Shown: positions 18,486 through 27,285 of the stretch, piece by piece
Layout of the letters: each line of letters starts with the position of its first letter
Position numbering within the stretch: position 1 is the stretch's first letter
Source of the DNA: a virus
Taxonomy: Duplodnaviria; Heunggongvirae; Uroviricota; Caudoviricetes
DNA length: 31,670 bases
Direction: 5' to 3' (one strand)
IMG/VR virus record: IMGVR_UViG_649989948_000010
Location: 1 to 31,670 of that record
Program-made: the position numbers and the translations under genes
The notes under the pieces: model-generated
What the model was told of the DNA's origin: nothing
What the model saw: the letters and a program-made list of their open reading frames with translations, nothing else
Database searches by the model: none

Positions 18486-18895
18486 TTGCTCACCTCATAG
18501 ATGACCGGTCTATGATGAGAGTCAGCTAAAGCGGCACGGAGTCGAGGATCGTGCACCAGCGCAGCGATAAGCAGATCGCCTTTATGCTCCGCTAATGTGC
18601 GCTTAATATGCTTCTCATAACTAGTGCTATTCGGTACGAGGTGAAGCCAGTCGTAATCAACACCAAAATCTTTCAGCCATCGTTTAGTGGGCGCTTCAAG
18701 AGTTTCAGAGCGGCTACTGATAAGCACCACTTCAGCCCCTGAGCGAGCAAAACCACGCAACATACGGCTGGTGGGGAAAATGAGTTCATCACCGGCAATG
18801 AATTGGCCTGCATCCGAGTCAGATACAGATTTACGATGGCTGGTATTTGCCAGCACACCTTCAATTTCGCATAAGACATACATACCTCTTGCCAT
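18482..18895 (-). CDS. Hypothetical protein, possibly a HAD-like phosphatase or nucleotidase
   Basis: Start reset to ATG at 18895 (MARGMYVLCEIEGVLA), 2 nt after the thyA stop; motif resembles HAD motif I but with Glu in place of both Asp. Confidence 0.3.
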   Translation of the reverse strand: MARGMYVLCEIEGVLANTSHRKSVSDSDAGQFIAGDELIFPTSRMLRGFARSGAEVVLISSRSETLEAPTKRWLKDFGVDYDWLHLVPNSTSYEKHIKRTLAEHKGDLLIAALVHDPRLRAALADSHHRPVIYEVSK

Positions 18896-18896
18896 A

Positions 18897-20000
18897 TCAC
18901 ACCGCCACTGGAACCTTGATCCACGGTAGAGGGGCATAGCCAAGAATAAGAATCTCGTCCCATTTGAAATCATCCAGCTCAGACCATTCATTAGGGAATA
19001 TAACGACCGGATCTGAATGCTCTGGAGCCTGTCGTTGCATTAGCTCACACACACCTTCCATGTGGTTGTTGTACAAATGCACGTCAAAGCCAAAATGCAC
19101 AAATGCACCGGCCATGTGACCCGTAATCTTCGCGAGAAAATGAGTGAGAATGCCATAGCCAGCAATATTGAATGGCATACCAACAAAAGTGTCTACGCTA
19201 CGCTGTACGAGGCAGGAGTTGAGGATGCGTTTGGGGATTCCAAGTTCATCCAGTTCAGCTTCAGTAACACTGCCGTCTATCTCCAGATCGTATAGCATCT
19301 TGGTGTAGATAGACTCGTAACCGAGGCGACTGTGTTGAAGACCAATGTCAGTTGCCATCGTTAAACGGGTTTCAAAATCCAGCTCACGACTCCACAAAGA
19401 GAAGACAAAGTGGCAAGGTGGCAGTTTCATATCCTCAAGCTCGCCTACGTTCCATGCGTTAAGCATGATGCGACGATCGGTAGGGTTCATGCGCAGTGTA
19501 TCGACAATACGCTGTAGCTGATCGATTTCACGGGACAGCACTACGCGATCTTCACTGATACCCAGGTATCCCTCGACTTTGTACCCGCGTTCACGGAAAG
19601 TAGCGATCTTGCTCAGATATTCACTATGGCTCACGATGCGGGTATCTTCCCATCGACGCCACTGCTTACCGTAAACCGGCCCCAAATCGCCATTCTCATC
19701 GGCCCATGCATCCCAAATCTTAACGCCGTTATCCTTGAGAAATTGGATGTTGCCCGTGCCTTTCAGATACCACTCAAGTTCGACAAGCAGTGGCTTAAGA
19801 TTTACCGCCTTTCCAGAAATAAGCGGCACAGTCCCACCAGTAAGCATGTAGTAAGAGGGAACGTAACAGGTGCTTAAAGTACCAGTGCCTGTGCGATCAT
19901 CAGCCTGCACGCCGCTTTTAAGCACCGTCTCAATAACTTTTGCATACGATGCGTTTGTTACCTGACCGTTCGTATGCTCACGATTCAAAAGGAGTGACAC
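18897..20000 (-). CDS. thyA: Thymidylate synthase (ThyA family, long form with insertions)
   Basis: Motifs DRTGTGT, GDLGPVYGKQWR, active-site PCH, DxHxYxNH; start placed at in-frame GTG with GAGG RBS (ORF-track start at 20027 is also GTG). Confidence 0.85.
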   Translation of the reverse strand: MSLLLNREHTNGQVTNASYAKVIETVLKSGVQADDRTGTGTLSTCYVPSYYMLTGGTVPLISGKAVNLKPLLVELEWYLKGTGNIQFLKDNGVKIWDAWADENGDLGPVYGKQWRRWEDTRIVSHSEYLSKIATFRERGYKVEGYLGISEDRVVLSREIDQLQRIVDTLRMNPTDRRIMLNAWNVGELEDMKLPPCHFVFSLWSRELDFETRLTMATDIGLQHSRLGYESIYTKMLYDLEIDGSVTEAELDELGIPKRILNSCLVQRSVDTFVGMPFNIAGYGILTHFLAKITGHMAGAFVHFGFDVHLYNNHMEGVCELMQRQAPEHSDPVVIFPNEWSELDDFKWDEILILGYAPLPWIKVPVAV

Positions 20001-20171
20001 AAAAACCTCACAAAGATAAGTAACCACTTATTCATTGCGTGAGTTTACATTTATTGAGAGAACAAGACCAGACAGATAAAAAAATGGTGGCCATAGGCCA
20101 CCAAAAACGAATAGTTGTTTCAGAAATTTAACGCGCCAGCGCAATATACACAGATAGATAACTACCTACAA

Positions 20172-21041
20172 TTATTTTTTGATCATTCCGTACATTGCTG
20201 AGGCTTTAGCTTGCTCAACAAAGGAGGATAAATCGACATCACTATAGGTTGGAGACTTCAGAATCTTTCCATCGGAAATTCGAAAACCGATCATCTTATC
20301 GGTGCCATCAGCATGGCGAAATCCCAGGTCAGAAGAGTCGTATTTGCAGTTGGCCACAGCATGGCGACGCTCTTCGGCATCTGCAGGCCATAATTTTGTC
20401 ATGTTGGACCGATGAATTTCGCCAACCAGCTCGACGACATTGATACCGAGAAAATCAGCCAGTCGATAAGTCATCATGCACGCCACATAGATTTTGTTCA
20501 TTACACGGCGCAGTTCCTGAATCAGCTCAGAATCCTTAACAGTCTTCTTCTCAAGTTTATCTGCCAGCTCTTCGAGCATACATGACGCCTCACGAGCTTC
20601 CTGAAATGGCATTGCCATATCATCGAAAACAGTGTTACCAGGCACAAAAATTGTCTGCATAAAGCGATCAATGCTCTGTTCCTGCGTGTAATAAGTCATG
20701 CCGGTAGAAATACCACCTTTGATGGCGACCATCGTACCAACACCAACGTATAAAAAGTCGGCCATTGCATCCAGCAGTTGCTCAATATCCCCATTCATTG
20801 CGGCTGGAATACCTTCCACTACAGCTTCTTCATGAATCAGGCTTGCACGGAGACGAAGCAGCTCTGGTGTCGGCATAACGCGTCTCGGATGCTGGAAGAG
20901 TTCATGAAACTGATCGACCATCTTGTAAATACTTTCAGTGGCTACACCATGGCCTTCATGCAACTCATATGGTTCTGGCTTAAATCCAATGAGTCGATCG
21001 GTGGCAAGTTTCAGGTGGTCAGTCAGTTTGGTAAAGTTCAT
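20172..21041 (-). CDS. Hypothetical protein, possibly a MazG-like nucleotide pyrophosphohydrolase
   Basis: 289 aa; perfect AAGGAG RBS; C-terminal region (LGINVVELVGEIHRSNMTKL...DGK) resembles all-alpha NTP-PPase motifs. Confidence 0.4.
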   Translation of the reverse strand: MNFTKLTDHLKLATDRLIGFKPEPYELHEGHGVATESIYKMVDQFHELFQHPRRVMPTPELLRLRASLIHEEAVVEGIPAAMNGDIEQLLDAMADFLYVGVGTMVAIKGGISTGMTYYTQEQSIDRFMQTIFVPGNTVFDDMAMPFQEAREASCMLEELADKLEKKTVKDSELIQELRRVMNKIYVACMMTYRLADFLGINVVELVGEIHRSNMTKLWPADAEERRHAVANCKYDSSDLGFRHADGTDKMIGFRISDGKILKSPTYSDVDLSSFVEQAKASAMYGMIKK

Positions 21042-21118
21042 GCTAGTTTTGCTCCTTCTTAATTCTTGTGATCCATTGTGGCCCAGCGTTGCCAGGCCAC
21101 ATAATGCTTTGTATCGGT

Positions 21119-22261
21119 TTACAGGTCTGCAAACTGGCTTAGAGAAGCCTTATCCACGGTAGAATCGATCTGACCTACCAGATATGTGCTTTGCTCTGCC
21201 TCTTGTGGTGCAATTTGCAGTGTGTCGGTTAACAACCACTTGTTCATCCAGACCAGCGGATCAGTGGTAACTTCTGGAAATAAAGCCTTCAGGCCAAGAC
21301 GATTCATAGCCAGATTGGTGCGGTATTTTACATAGGTTTTGAGAATATCCGCGTTTAAACCAATCATCGAACCGTCTTTGAAGAGATAGTCTGCCCAGTT
21401 CATTTCTTGTTCGGCGACTGATTTCATGGTGTCGTAAATGACGTTTTCTTCATCAGCAGCAATCTCTTTCCACAATAAACCTTCGCGACCGGTACGCATG
21501 AAGCGGATCATGCGTTCAGTTCCTTCGCAATGCAGAGCTTCATCACGGGCAATAAAGCGCATAATTTTGGTGTTACCCTCAAGCAACTTCCGTTCACCAA
21601 AGGCAAACGTACATGCAAAACTTACGTAGAAACGGATCGCCTCAAGCGCATTAATGGACACCAACGTGCGGAAAAGCTGACGATGCAAAGGGTATGGCTC
21701 CCAGCCATATTCATTTACGTACAGACGCTCAAATTCCTTCTCACCTAACGACTGGCGCTCGCAGGTCATCCCATAAAGCCTGTCATATTCAGCAGAGATA
21801 CTGATCGCTCGGTTGATGATTTCTTCATCCGTAACAATACCGTCAAAAACAATGCTCGGATCGTCCACCATGCCACGAATAATGTGGGTGTAGCTGCGGC
21901 TATGGATAGTCTCAGAGAAAGACCATGTTTCAACCCACGTTTCCAGTTCAGGAATAGAGATAAGCGGCAGCAGCGTTGCATTTGGGCTACGTCCCTGAAC
22001 TGAATCGAGTAACGTTTGATAACGGAGATTGCTCAGAAAAATGTGACGTTCGTGGTCCCGCAGCTTCGTGTTGAAGTCGATACGATCGCTCGAAATATCA
22101 ACTTCTTCCGGCCGCCAGAAGAAAGACAATTGACGTTCAATCAACTTTTCAAAATCACGGTATTTTTGCTGATCGTAACGTGCCACGTTGACAGATTGTC
22201 CGAGGAACATAGGCTCTTTGGTTGCATCATTAGCACCCAAACGGAACGTTGAATATGACAT
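21119..22261 (-). CDS. nrdB: Ribonucleotide reductase class Ia small subunit
   Basis: 380 aa; collinear with E. coli NrdB ([60 protein letters not shown]); divergent, phage-type. Confidence 0.92.
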   Translation of the reverse strand: MSYSTFRLGANDATKEPMFLGQSVNVARYDQQKYRDFEKLIERQLSFFWRPEEVDISSDRIDFNTKLRDHERHIFLSNLRYQTLLDSVQGRSPNATLLPLISIPELETWVETWSFSETIHSRSYTHIIRGMVDDPSIVFDGIVTDEEIINRAISISAEYDRLYGMTCERQSLGEKEFERLYVNEYGWEPYPLHRQLFRTLVSINALEAIRFYVSFACTFAFGERKLLEGNTKIMRFIARDEALHCEGTERMIRFMRTGREGLLWKEIAADEENVIYDTMKSVAEQEMNWADYLFKDGSMIGLNADILKTYVKYRTNLAMNRLGLKALFPEVTTDPLVWMNKWLLTDTLQIAPQEAEQSTYLVGQIDSTVDKASLSQFADL

Positions 22262-22292
22262 GTGTTTTTCCTTTTTCTTTTTTGGTGCGTTT

Positions 22293-22305
22293 AAACAAGT
22301 TGTTA
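22293..22305 (-). promoter_or_regulatory. Palindrome-like motif AAACAAGTTGTTA upstream of nrdB
   Basis: Third copy (one mismatch) about 38 nt upstream of the nrdB ATG, with extra half-site at 22313-22324 and the same GTGTTTTTCC leader. Confidence 0.35.
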
Positions 22306-22340
22306 TCTTATGTGTTTAAACAAGGCTTACAAATCAAAGA

Positions 22341-22359
22341 GAAGGTGGGGATATCCCCC
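22341..22359 (-). terminator. Stem-loop between nrdA and nrdB (possible attenuator)
   Basis: GGTGGGG/CCCCACC stem with ATATC loop, directly after the nrdA stop and followed on the minus strand by a T-rich tract. Confidence 0.35.
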
Positions 22360-22367
22360 ACCATATG

Positions 22368-24683
22368 TCAGATTTTGCAGGCTCCGTCGCACTCATCTTC
22401 TGGCTCGACGGCTACAGCTTGCGCCAGTGGATTCTGCGGTTCGTCGTCATCACGTTTTCCTGCACCATCTCTGGTGTTGTGGTAGTAAAGCGTTTTAACT
22501 CCCATCTTGTAGGCGAGAAGCAAATCTGACAGTAGCGTCATCATTGGGACTTTATCGCCTTCAAAGCGAGAAGGGTCATAGTTGGTATTGGCTGAAATAG
22601 CCTGGTCAAAGAACTTCTGGATGATCGCCACCTTTGTCAGATAGCCGCGGTTGTCCGGCATATCCCACAGGTATTCATACTGTTCCTTCAGTTTTTCAAA
22701 CTCAGGCACGACCATCTTAACGATGCCGTCCTTAGAAGATTTCACCGACACCGGGCCACGAGGCGGTTCGATGCCGTTGGTGGAATTAGTGATCTGGCTG
22801 GAAGTCTCGCATGGCATTTGTGCCGTCAGTGTGGAGTTGCGAAGGCCGTATTTTGCAATACGTTCACGCAGTTCTTCCCACGGCATCTTTAACTCAAAGT
22901 TGGTTTCGCCACTTTCGTCTAATGAAGAACGGTAATGGTCGATCGGCAACTGACCAATTGCGTACTTGGTCTGCTCAAACCAGTCACACTCACCTTTTGC
23001 TTCAGCAAGTCGGCAGCTGGCATCAAGAAGGTAATACTGGATAGCTTCGAATGTTTCATGCACCAGTTTATTGCCAGCGGTATCAGAATAACGAACGCCA
23101 TTCTTTGCCAGGTAATAAGCAAAGTTGGTTACACCAATTCCCAAGCTACGACGAGCTTTGGCAGGCACTTCGGCTGCCTCCATCGGATAGTCTTGATAAT
23201 CCAGTAACGAATCCAGTGCAGCAACGGCATAGAACGCCACCTCTTTAAGAGACTCCAGTGAACGGATGGCTCCGAGGTTAAAAGCGGATAAAGTGCATAG
23301 CGCGATCTCACCGTTCGGGTCGTCGGTAAATGCCAGTGGACGGGTGGGTAGGGTGATCTCCATACACAGGTTTGACTGGCGGACAGGTGCAAGAGCAGGA
23401 ATGAAAGCGCCATGCTCATTAATATGATCGACGTTCGCAATATAAATTCGGCCCGTGGACGCTCGTTCCTGCATCAGAGATGAGAACAGCTCAATGGCAG
23501 GTACTGACTTCTTGCGAATTGAATCATCGGCTTCGTATTTATGGTACAGCTTTTCAAACAGCTCCTGGTCTGTGAAGAAGGCTTCGTACATATCAGGCAC
23601 ATCATGCGGGCTGAACAGAGTGATGTTCTCGCTTCTGACGAGTCGACGGTACATTAGACGGTTACTCATGACGCCGTAATCAAGATGGCGAACGCGGTTT
23701 TCATCAATACCACGGTTATTTTTCACCACCAGCAGACTTTCAACTTCAAGATGCCAGATCGGGTAAAACGCTGTTGCTGCGCCACCACGAACACCACCTT
23801 GCGAACAAGATTTAACAGCCGTCTGGAAATGCTTCAGGAATGGAATAACTCCGGTATGGGTGGCTTCACCATTGCGGATCTCGCTGCCCAGCGCACGGAT
23901 ACGGCCAAAACCAATACCAATTCCAGCACGACGTGAAACGTAGTCGATAATTGCGGCTGAAGCTGCACTAATCCCTTTCAGGCTATCGCCAGACTCAATC
24001 AGCACACAACTGGAGAACTGACGGGTTGGAGTACGGACGCCGGCCATGATTGGTGTGGGCAGAGACAGTTTGAACGTACTTGTAACGTCATAGAAACCTT
24101 TGACCATCTCCATACGTGTTTTGCCAGCGCAGTCGTCTTCCCAATTCTGGAACAGACACATGCCTACCAGCATATAGATATGTTGCGGCCCCTCATGAAT
24201 CTCACCAGTAACACGGTTTTGAACGAGGTATTTGCTTTGCAACTGCACCGTAGCTGCATAGCCAAAAAGATCGTCACGTTTCGGCTTAATGTAATTGCCG
24301 AGTTCTTCGATCTCTTCAAACGAATAATGTGTCAGCAAATCCTTGTCATAAACGCCCTTGTTAACGTTCTTGACAATGTGTTGGTAGAAGTTCGGATAGT
24401 CGTAACGACCGAAGGCATCTTTGCGGATTTTAAAAATGTTCAGGCGGGCAGCCACCTGTGAGTAATTTGGTGCTTCTGGTGAGATCAAATCAGCGGCAGA
24501 TTTAACCAAAGCCTCATGCAACTGGCTGGTGGTCATCCCATCAAAAATGCTGGCCGCAGCTCCCATTGCTACAGCGGATGCGCTTACACCACGAATGCCT
24601 TCTACGCCATACATTACGACGCGGTTGTATTTTTCTTCGGATAACGGCTCTGTTTGGCCGTTACGTTTTACGATGCTTATCAT
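22368..24683 (-). CDS. nrdA: Ribonucleotide reductase class Ia large subunit
   Basis: 771 aa; ATP-cone-like N-terminus, C-terminal Tyr pair; collinear with E. coli NrdA. Confidence 0.92.
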   Translation of the reverse strand: MISIVKRNGQTEPLSEEKYNRVVMYGVEGIRGVSASAVAMGAAASIFDGMTTSQLHEALVKSAADLISPEAPNYSQVAARLNIFKIRKDAFGRYDYPNFYQHIVKNVNKGVYDKDLLTHYSFEEIEELGNYIKPKRDDLFGYAATVQLQSKYLVQNRVTGEIHEGPQHIYMLVGMCLFQNWEDDCAGKTRMEMVKGFYDVTSTFKLSLPTPIMAGVRTPTRQFSSCVLIESGDSLKGISAASAAIIDYVSRRAGIGIGFGRIRALGSEIRNGEATHTGVIPFLKHFQTAVKSCSQGGVRGGAATAFYPIWHLEVESLLVVKNNRGIDENRVRHLDYGVMSNRLMYRRLVRSENITLFSPHDVPDMYEAFFTDQELFEKLYHKYEADDSIRKKSVPAIELFSSLMQERASTGRIYIANVDHINEHGAFIPALAPVRQSNLCMEITLPTRPLAFTDDPNGEIALCTLSAFNLGAIRSLESLKEVAFYAVAALDSLLDYQDYPMEAAEVPAKARRSLGIGVTNFAYYLAKNGVRYSDTAGNKLVHETFEAIQYYLLDASCRLAEAKGECDWFEQTKYAIGQLPIDHYRSSLDESGETNFELKMPWEELRERIAKYGLRNSTLTAQMPCETSSQITNSTNGIEPPRGPVSVKSSKDGIVKMVVPEFEKLKEQYEYLWDMPDNRGYLTKVAIIQKFFDQAISANTNYDPSRFEGDKVPMMTLLSDLLLAYKMGVKTLYYHNTRDGAGKRDDDEPQNPLAQAVAVEPEDECDGACKI

Positions 24684-24700
24684 GTATCACCAAATAAAGA

Positions 24701-24722
24701 GGGCCACTAAATATAGTGGCCC
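24701..24722 (-). terminator. Stem-loop between the RuvC-like gene and nrdA
   Basis: 9-bp stem GGGCCACTA/TAGTGGCCC with 4-nt loop, followed on the minus strand by TCTTTATTT just before the nrdA RBS. Confidence 0.4.
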
Positions 24723-24756
24723 ATGTTAATAGATAAGCACTTACCTATCAATGAAA

Positions 24757-25326
24757 TCAAATGAGAGACTTAAGAACATCGCGCACCTGGCGGAACTGAT
24801 CTGTTTGCATACCGGTATGGATGGCAGCCACCGCATCAGCCAAATGTTCGTTTTTGTTCACGAGAACATCCTGTCCAGATTGCTTACGACGCAGCCACGG
24901 TGCTTTAGGGTGTTTTTTCGTAGCCCACTGGATAATCTCTTCTTTCGATGTAGTAAGTTTATTGCCGACAAAATGCTTGATTTCGTTTGGAGTAACCTGG
25001 ATCAATGGCTTATCCACACACGCAAGTACACCGATACAAATACCGTAAGACGTCTGCGAACGAGAGTTTTGGCTCCCAACCGGTAGCTCACAAAAAACCA
25101 TATTTGCCTTATCAATGATTGGCTTCGCAACACGCCATATTTCACTGGCTCGGCGCAGATCGTCACTGTTCACACGAACGGTCTTTTTGTTACTCCCCGC
25201 TTTAGTCTCAACAAGAGTAAGGCCGTGAATCTCAAGTTCGTCCGTCTCAAGGTCTAAAGTGCCCACAGCAAGCCCAAAGTTGCTCATTGAGGGATCAACA
25301 CCAACTACGCTGATTTTTTTACTCAT
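24757..25326 (-). CDS. RuvC-like Holliday junction resolvase
   Basis: 189 aa; N-terminal VVGVDPS (compare RuvC GIDPG), acidic residues at positions expected for the RuvC fold; strong AAGGAG RBS. Confidence 0.55.
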   Translation of the reverse strand: MSKKISVVGVDPSMSNFGLAVGTLDLETDELEIHGLTLVETKAGSNKKTVRVNSDDLRRASEIWRVAKPIIDKANMVFCELPVGSQNSRSQTSYGICIGVLACVDKPLIQVTPNEIKHFVGNKLTTSKEEIIQWATKKHPKAPWLRRKQSGQDVLVNKNEHLADAVAAIHTGMQTDQFRQVRDVLKSLI

Positions 25327-25335
25327 ATAGTCTCC

Positions 25336-26079
25336 TTACCATGTTCCCCATATAGGGTTTTCCAATAATCTCGCCTCCAACGAATTGGCTACTATTGCCG
25401 TTTGCAACGTTGGTTGGGGATAGTTTGCAAAGTCTGAATACTCATTTTCCTGCGTGACACGTTTATCTGCGGCATGTTTAACACCACTTGCTATGAAATG
25501 ACGCATGATGCCCAACAGCCTCCGACTGTCTGCACTATCGTTTGCTAAAACATGAGGGAGCTGAAGTTCGATTTCTACCATTTCTCCATACTTCCCAACA
25601 AACTGTAGTTTGTCCGCACTGTACTTTTTATCCCTCCTTTGGATAAGGAAACCAGTAAAAGCATCACCTGGCGATGCCAAACTATCTACCCGCTTATTGG
25701 CAAGTCGAATAAGGTTCGTGAAAGCCATACAGTGATGCGCACCCATTCCCCCAAAGAACCCTTCGCTATTAATGTTAAGATCTTCAGTTTCATGGGATGC
25801 AATAAACCCAGGCCCGACGTTGGGAAGATATCCCCCCTCAACAAAAGGATTAATCAGGATCGGCGCAATACATCCAGGTGGTAGTGATTTCAAACTTTGC
25901 ATCAATGGCGTCTCGGATATTAGACCAAGCAACGCGGCGAATTGTACTCCGTCAATATTGTTGCTGCCCCACAGAATACGTGGAGCCGCACCATTGGAAG
26001 TATGCCCATTGATCAGTTTTATCGACTGCATCACTGCAAATACCTGCAAAAACTGCGAGCGGCTTAATTTAAACGACAT
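25336..26079 (-). CDS. Hypothetical protein (247 aa)
   Basis: AGAGGGG RBS; lies between the truncated SbcC-like gene and the RuvC-like gene; no family recognised. Confidence 0.5.
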   Translation of the reverse strand: MSFKLSRSQFLQVFAVMQSIKLINGHTSNGAAPRILWGSNNIDGVQFAALLGLISETPLMQSLKSLPPGCIAPILINPFVEGGYLPNVGPGFIASHETEDLNINSEGFFGGMGAHHCMAFTNLIRLANKRVDSLASPGDAFTGFLIQRRDKKYSADKLQFVGKYGEMVEIELQLPHVLANDSADSRRLLGIMRHFIASGVKHAADKRVTQENEYSDFANYPQPTLQTAIVANSLEARLLENPIWGTW

Positions 26080-26396
26080 AGCTGCGCCCCTCTTTAACTT
26101 CCAGCGTAATAGTTTCCCGGAACCATGACTTCATCTCTTTATGGGAGATAATCAGCACAGTACCTCGCTCGCGAGCTTTGGACTCCAGAATACCCATGAG
26201 GCGTTCAAGACCGGCTGTATCGAGTGCATCGTCAATTTCGTCGCCGATAAACAAATCGATGTTTTTACTCGCCCGGTTACTAACCAGATCCTGCAATGCC
26301 AAAGAACACGCAATGCGAACCTTCCGCTTCTCACCACCAGAGAGGGTCTGGAACGACTTACTTGAACCTTTCTTCTGCACACTAATGTTGAATTTG
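26069..26396 (-). pseudogene. 3' fragment of an SbcC/Rad50-like (ABC-type) ATPase gene, truncated by IS66 insertion
   Basis: Encodes only the C-terminal signature LSGGEKRK, Walker B/D-loop LFIGDEIDDALD and H-loop ISHK; reading frame runs into the IS66 left end at 26397. Confidence 0.55.
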
Positions 26397-26482
26397 TGTA
26401 AGCGTAAACTGACCGCCGTATGTAGCCATCAGACGAGAATTGGTAACTTAGACGCCCATCTGATATAGACGGACATCTAAGT

Positions 26483-26908
26483 ATGGAATTACAGGACTGG
26501 CGAAAAGAACCTCGTAAAAACTATTCGAATGAATTCAAACTTCGTATGGTGGAACTGGCATCACAACCTGGAGCTTGTGTTGCACAGATTGCACGTGAAA
26601 ATGGCGTCAATGATAATGTTATTTTCAAATGGCTCAGGCTCTGGCAGAACGAAGGGCGTGTTTCACGGCGTCTTCCGGTAACGACCTCTTCTGACACTGG
26701 CGTTGAATTATTACCTGTAGAAATAACGCCGGATGAGCAGAAAGAACCTGTGGCGGCCATTGCGCCGTCTTTATCCACTTCCACTCAGACCAGAGTCAGT
26801 GCCAGTTCCTGCAAGGTGGAATTCCGTCACGGTAACATGACGCTGGAAAATCCATCGCCAGAGCTGCTCACAGTGTTGATCCGTGAACTGACCGGGAGGG
26901 GAAGATGA
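26483..26908 (+). CDS. IS66-family accessory protein (orfA)
   Basis: 141 aa HTH-like protein; 4-bp overlap with orfB. Confidence 0.85.
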   Translation: MELQDWRKEPRKNYSNEFKLRMVELASQPGACVAQIARENGVNDNVIFKWLRLWQNEGRVSRRLPVTTSSDTGVELLPVEITPDEQKEPVAAIAPSLSTSTQTRVSASSCKVEFRHGNMTLENPSPELLTVLIRELTGRGR

Positions 26909-27255
26909 TCTCACTCCCATCAGGTACCCGTATCTGGCTCGTTGCCGGCGTTACCGATATGCGTAAATCCTTCAACGGACTGGGAGAACAGGTACAACAT
27001 GTGCTGAATGATAATCCCTTCTCCGGTCACCTGTTTATCTTCCGTGGCCGACGGGGTGACACCGTCAAAATTCTTTGGGCTGATGCTGATGGTCTGTGCC
27101 TGTTCACCAAACGCCTGGAGGAAGGCCAGTTTATCTGGCCTGCGGTACGTGACGGCAAGGTATCCATTACCCGCTCGCAACTGGCAATGCTCCTCGATAA
27201 GCTGGACTGGCGTCAGCCAAAAACATCCAGCCGTAACTCACTGACAATGTTGTAA
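26905..27255 (+). CDS. IS66-family accessory protein (orfB)
   Basis: 116 aa; conserved IS66 orfB pattern (LWADADGLCLFTKRLEEGQF). Confidence 0.85.
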   Translation: MISLPSGTRIWLVAGVTDMRKSFNGLGEQVQHVLNDNPFSGHLFIFRGRRGDTVKILWADADGLCLFTKRLEEGQFIWPAVRDGKVSITRSQLAMLLDKLDWRQPKTSSRNSLTML

Positions 27256-27285
27256 AAAACTCCTGACCGCATTATAAAAACGGTC

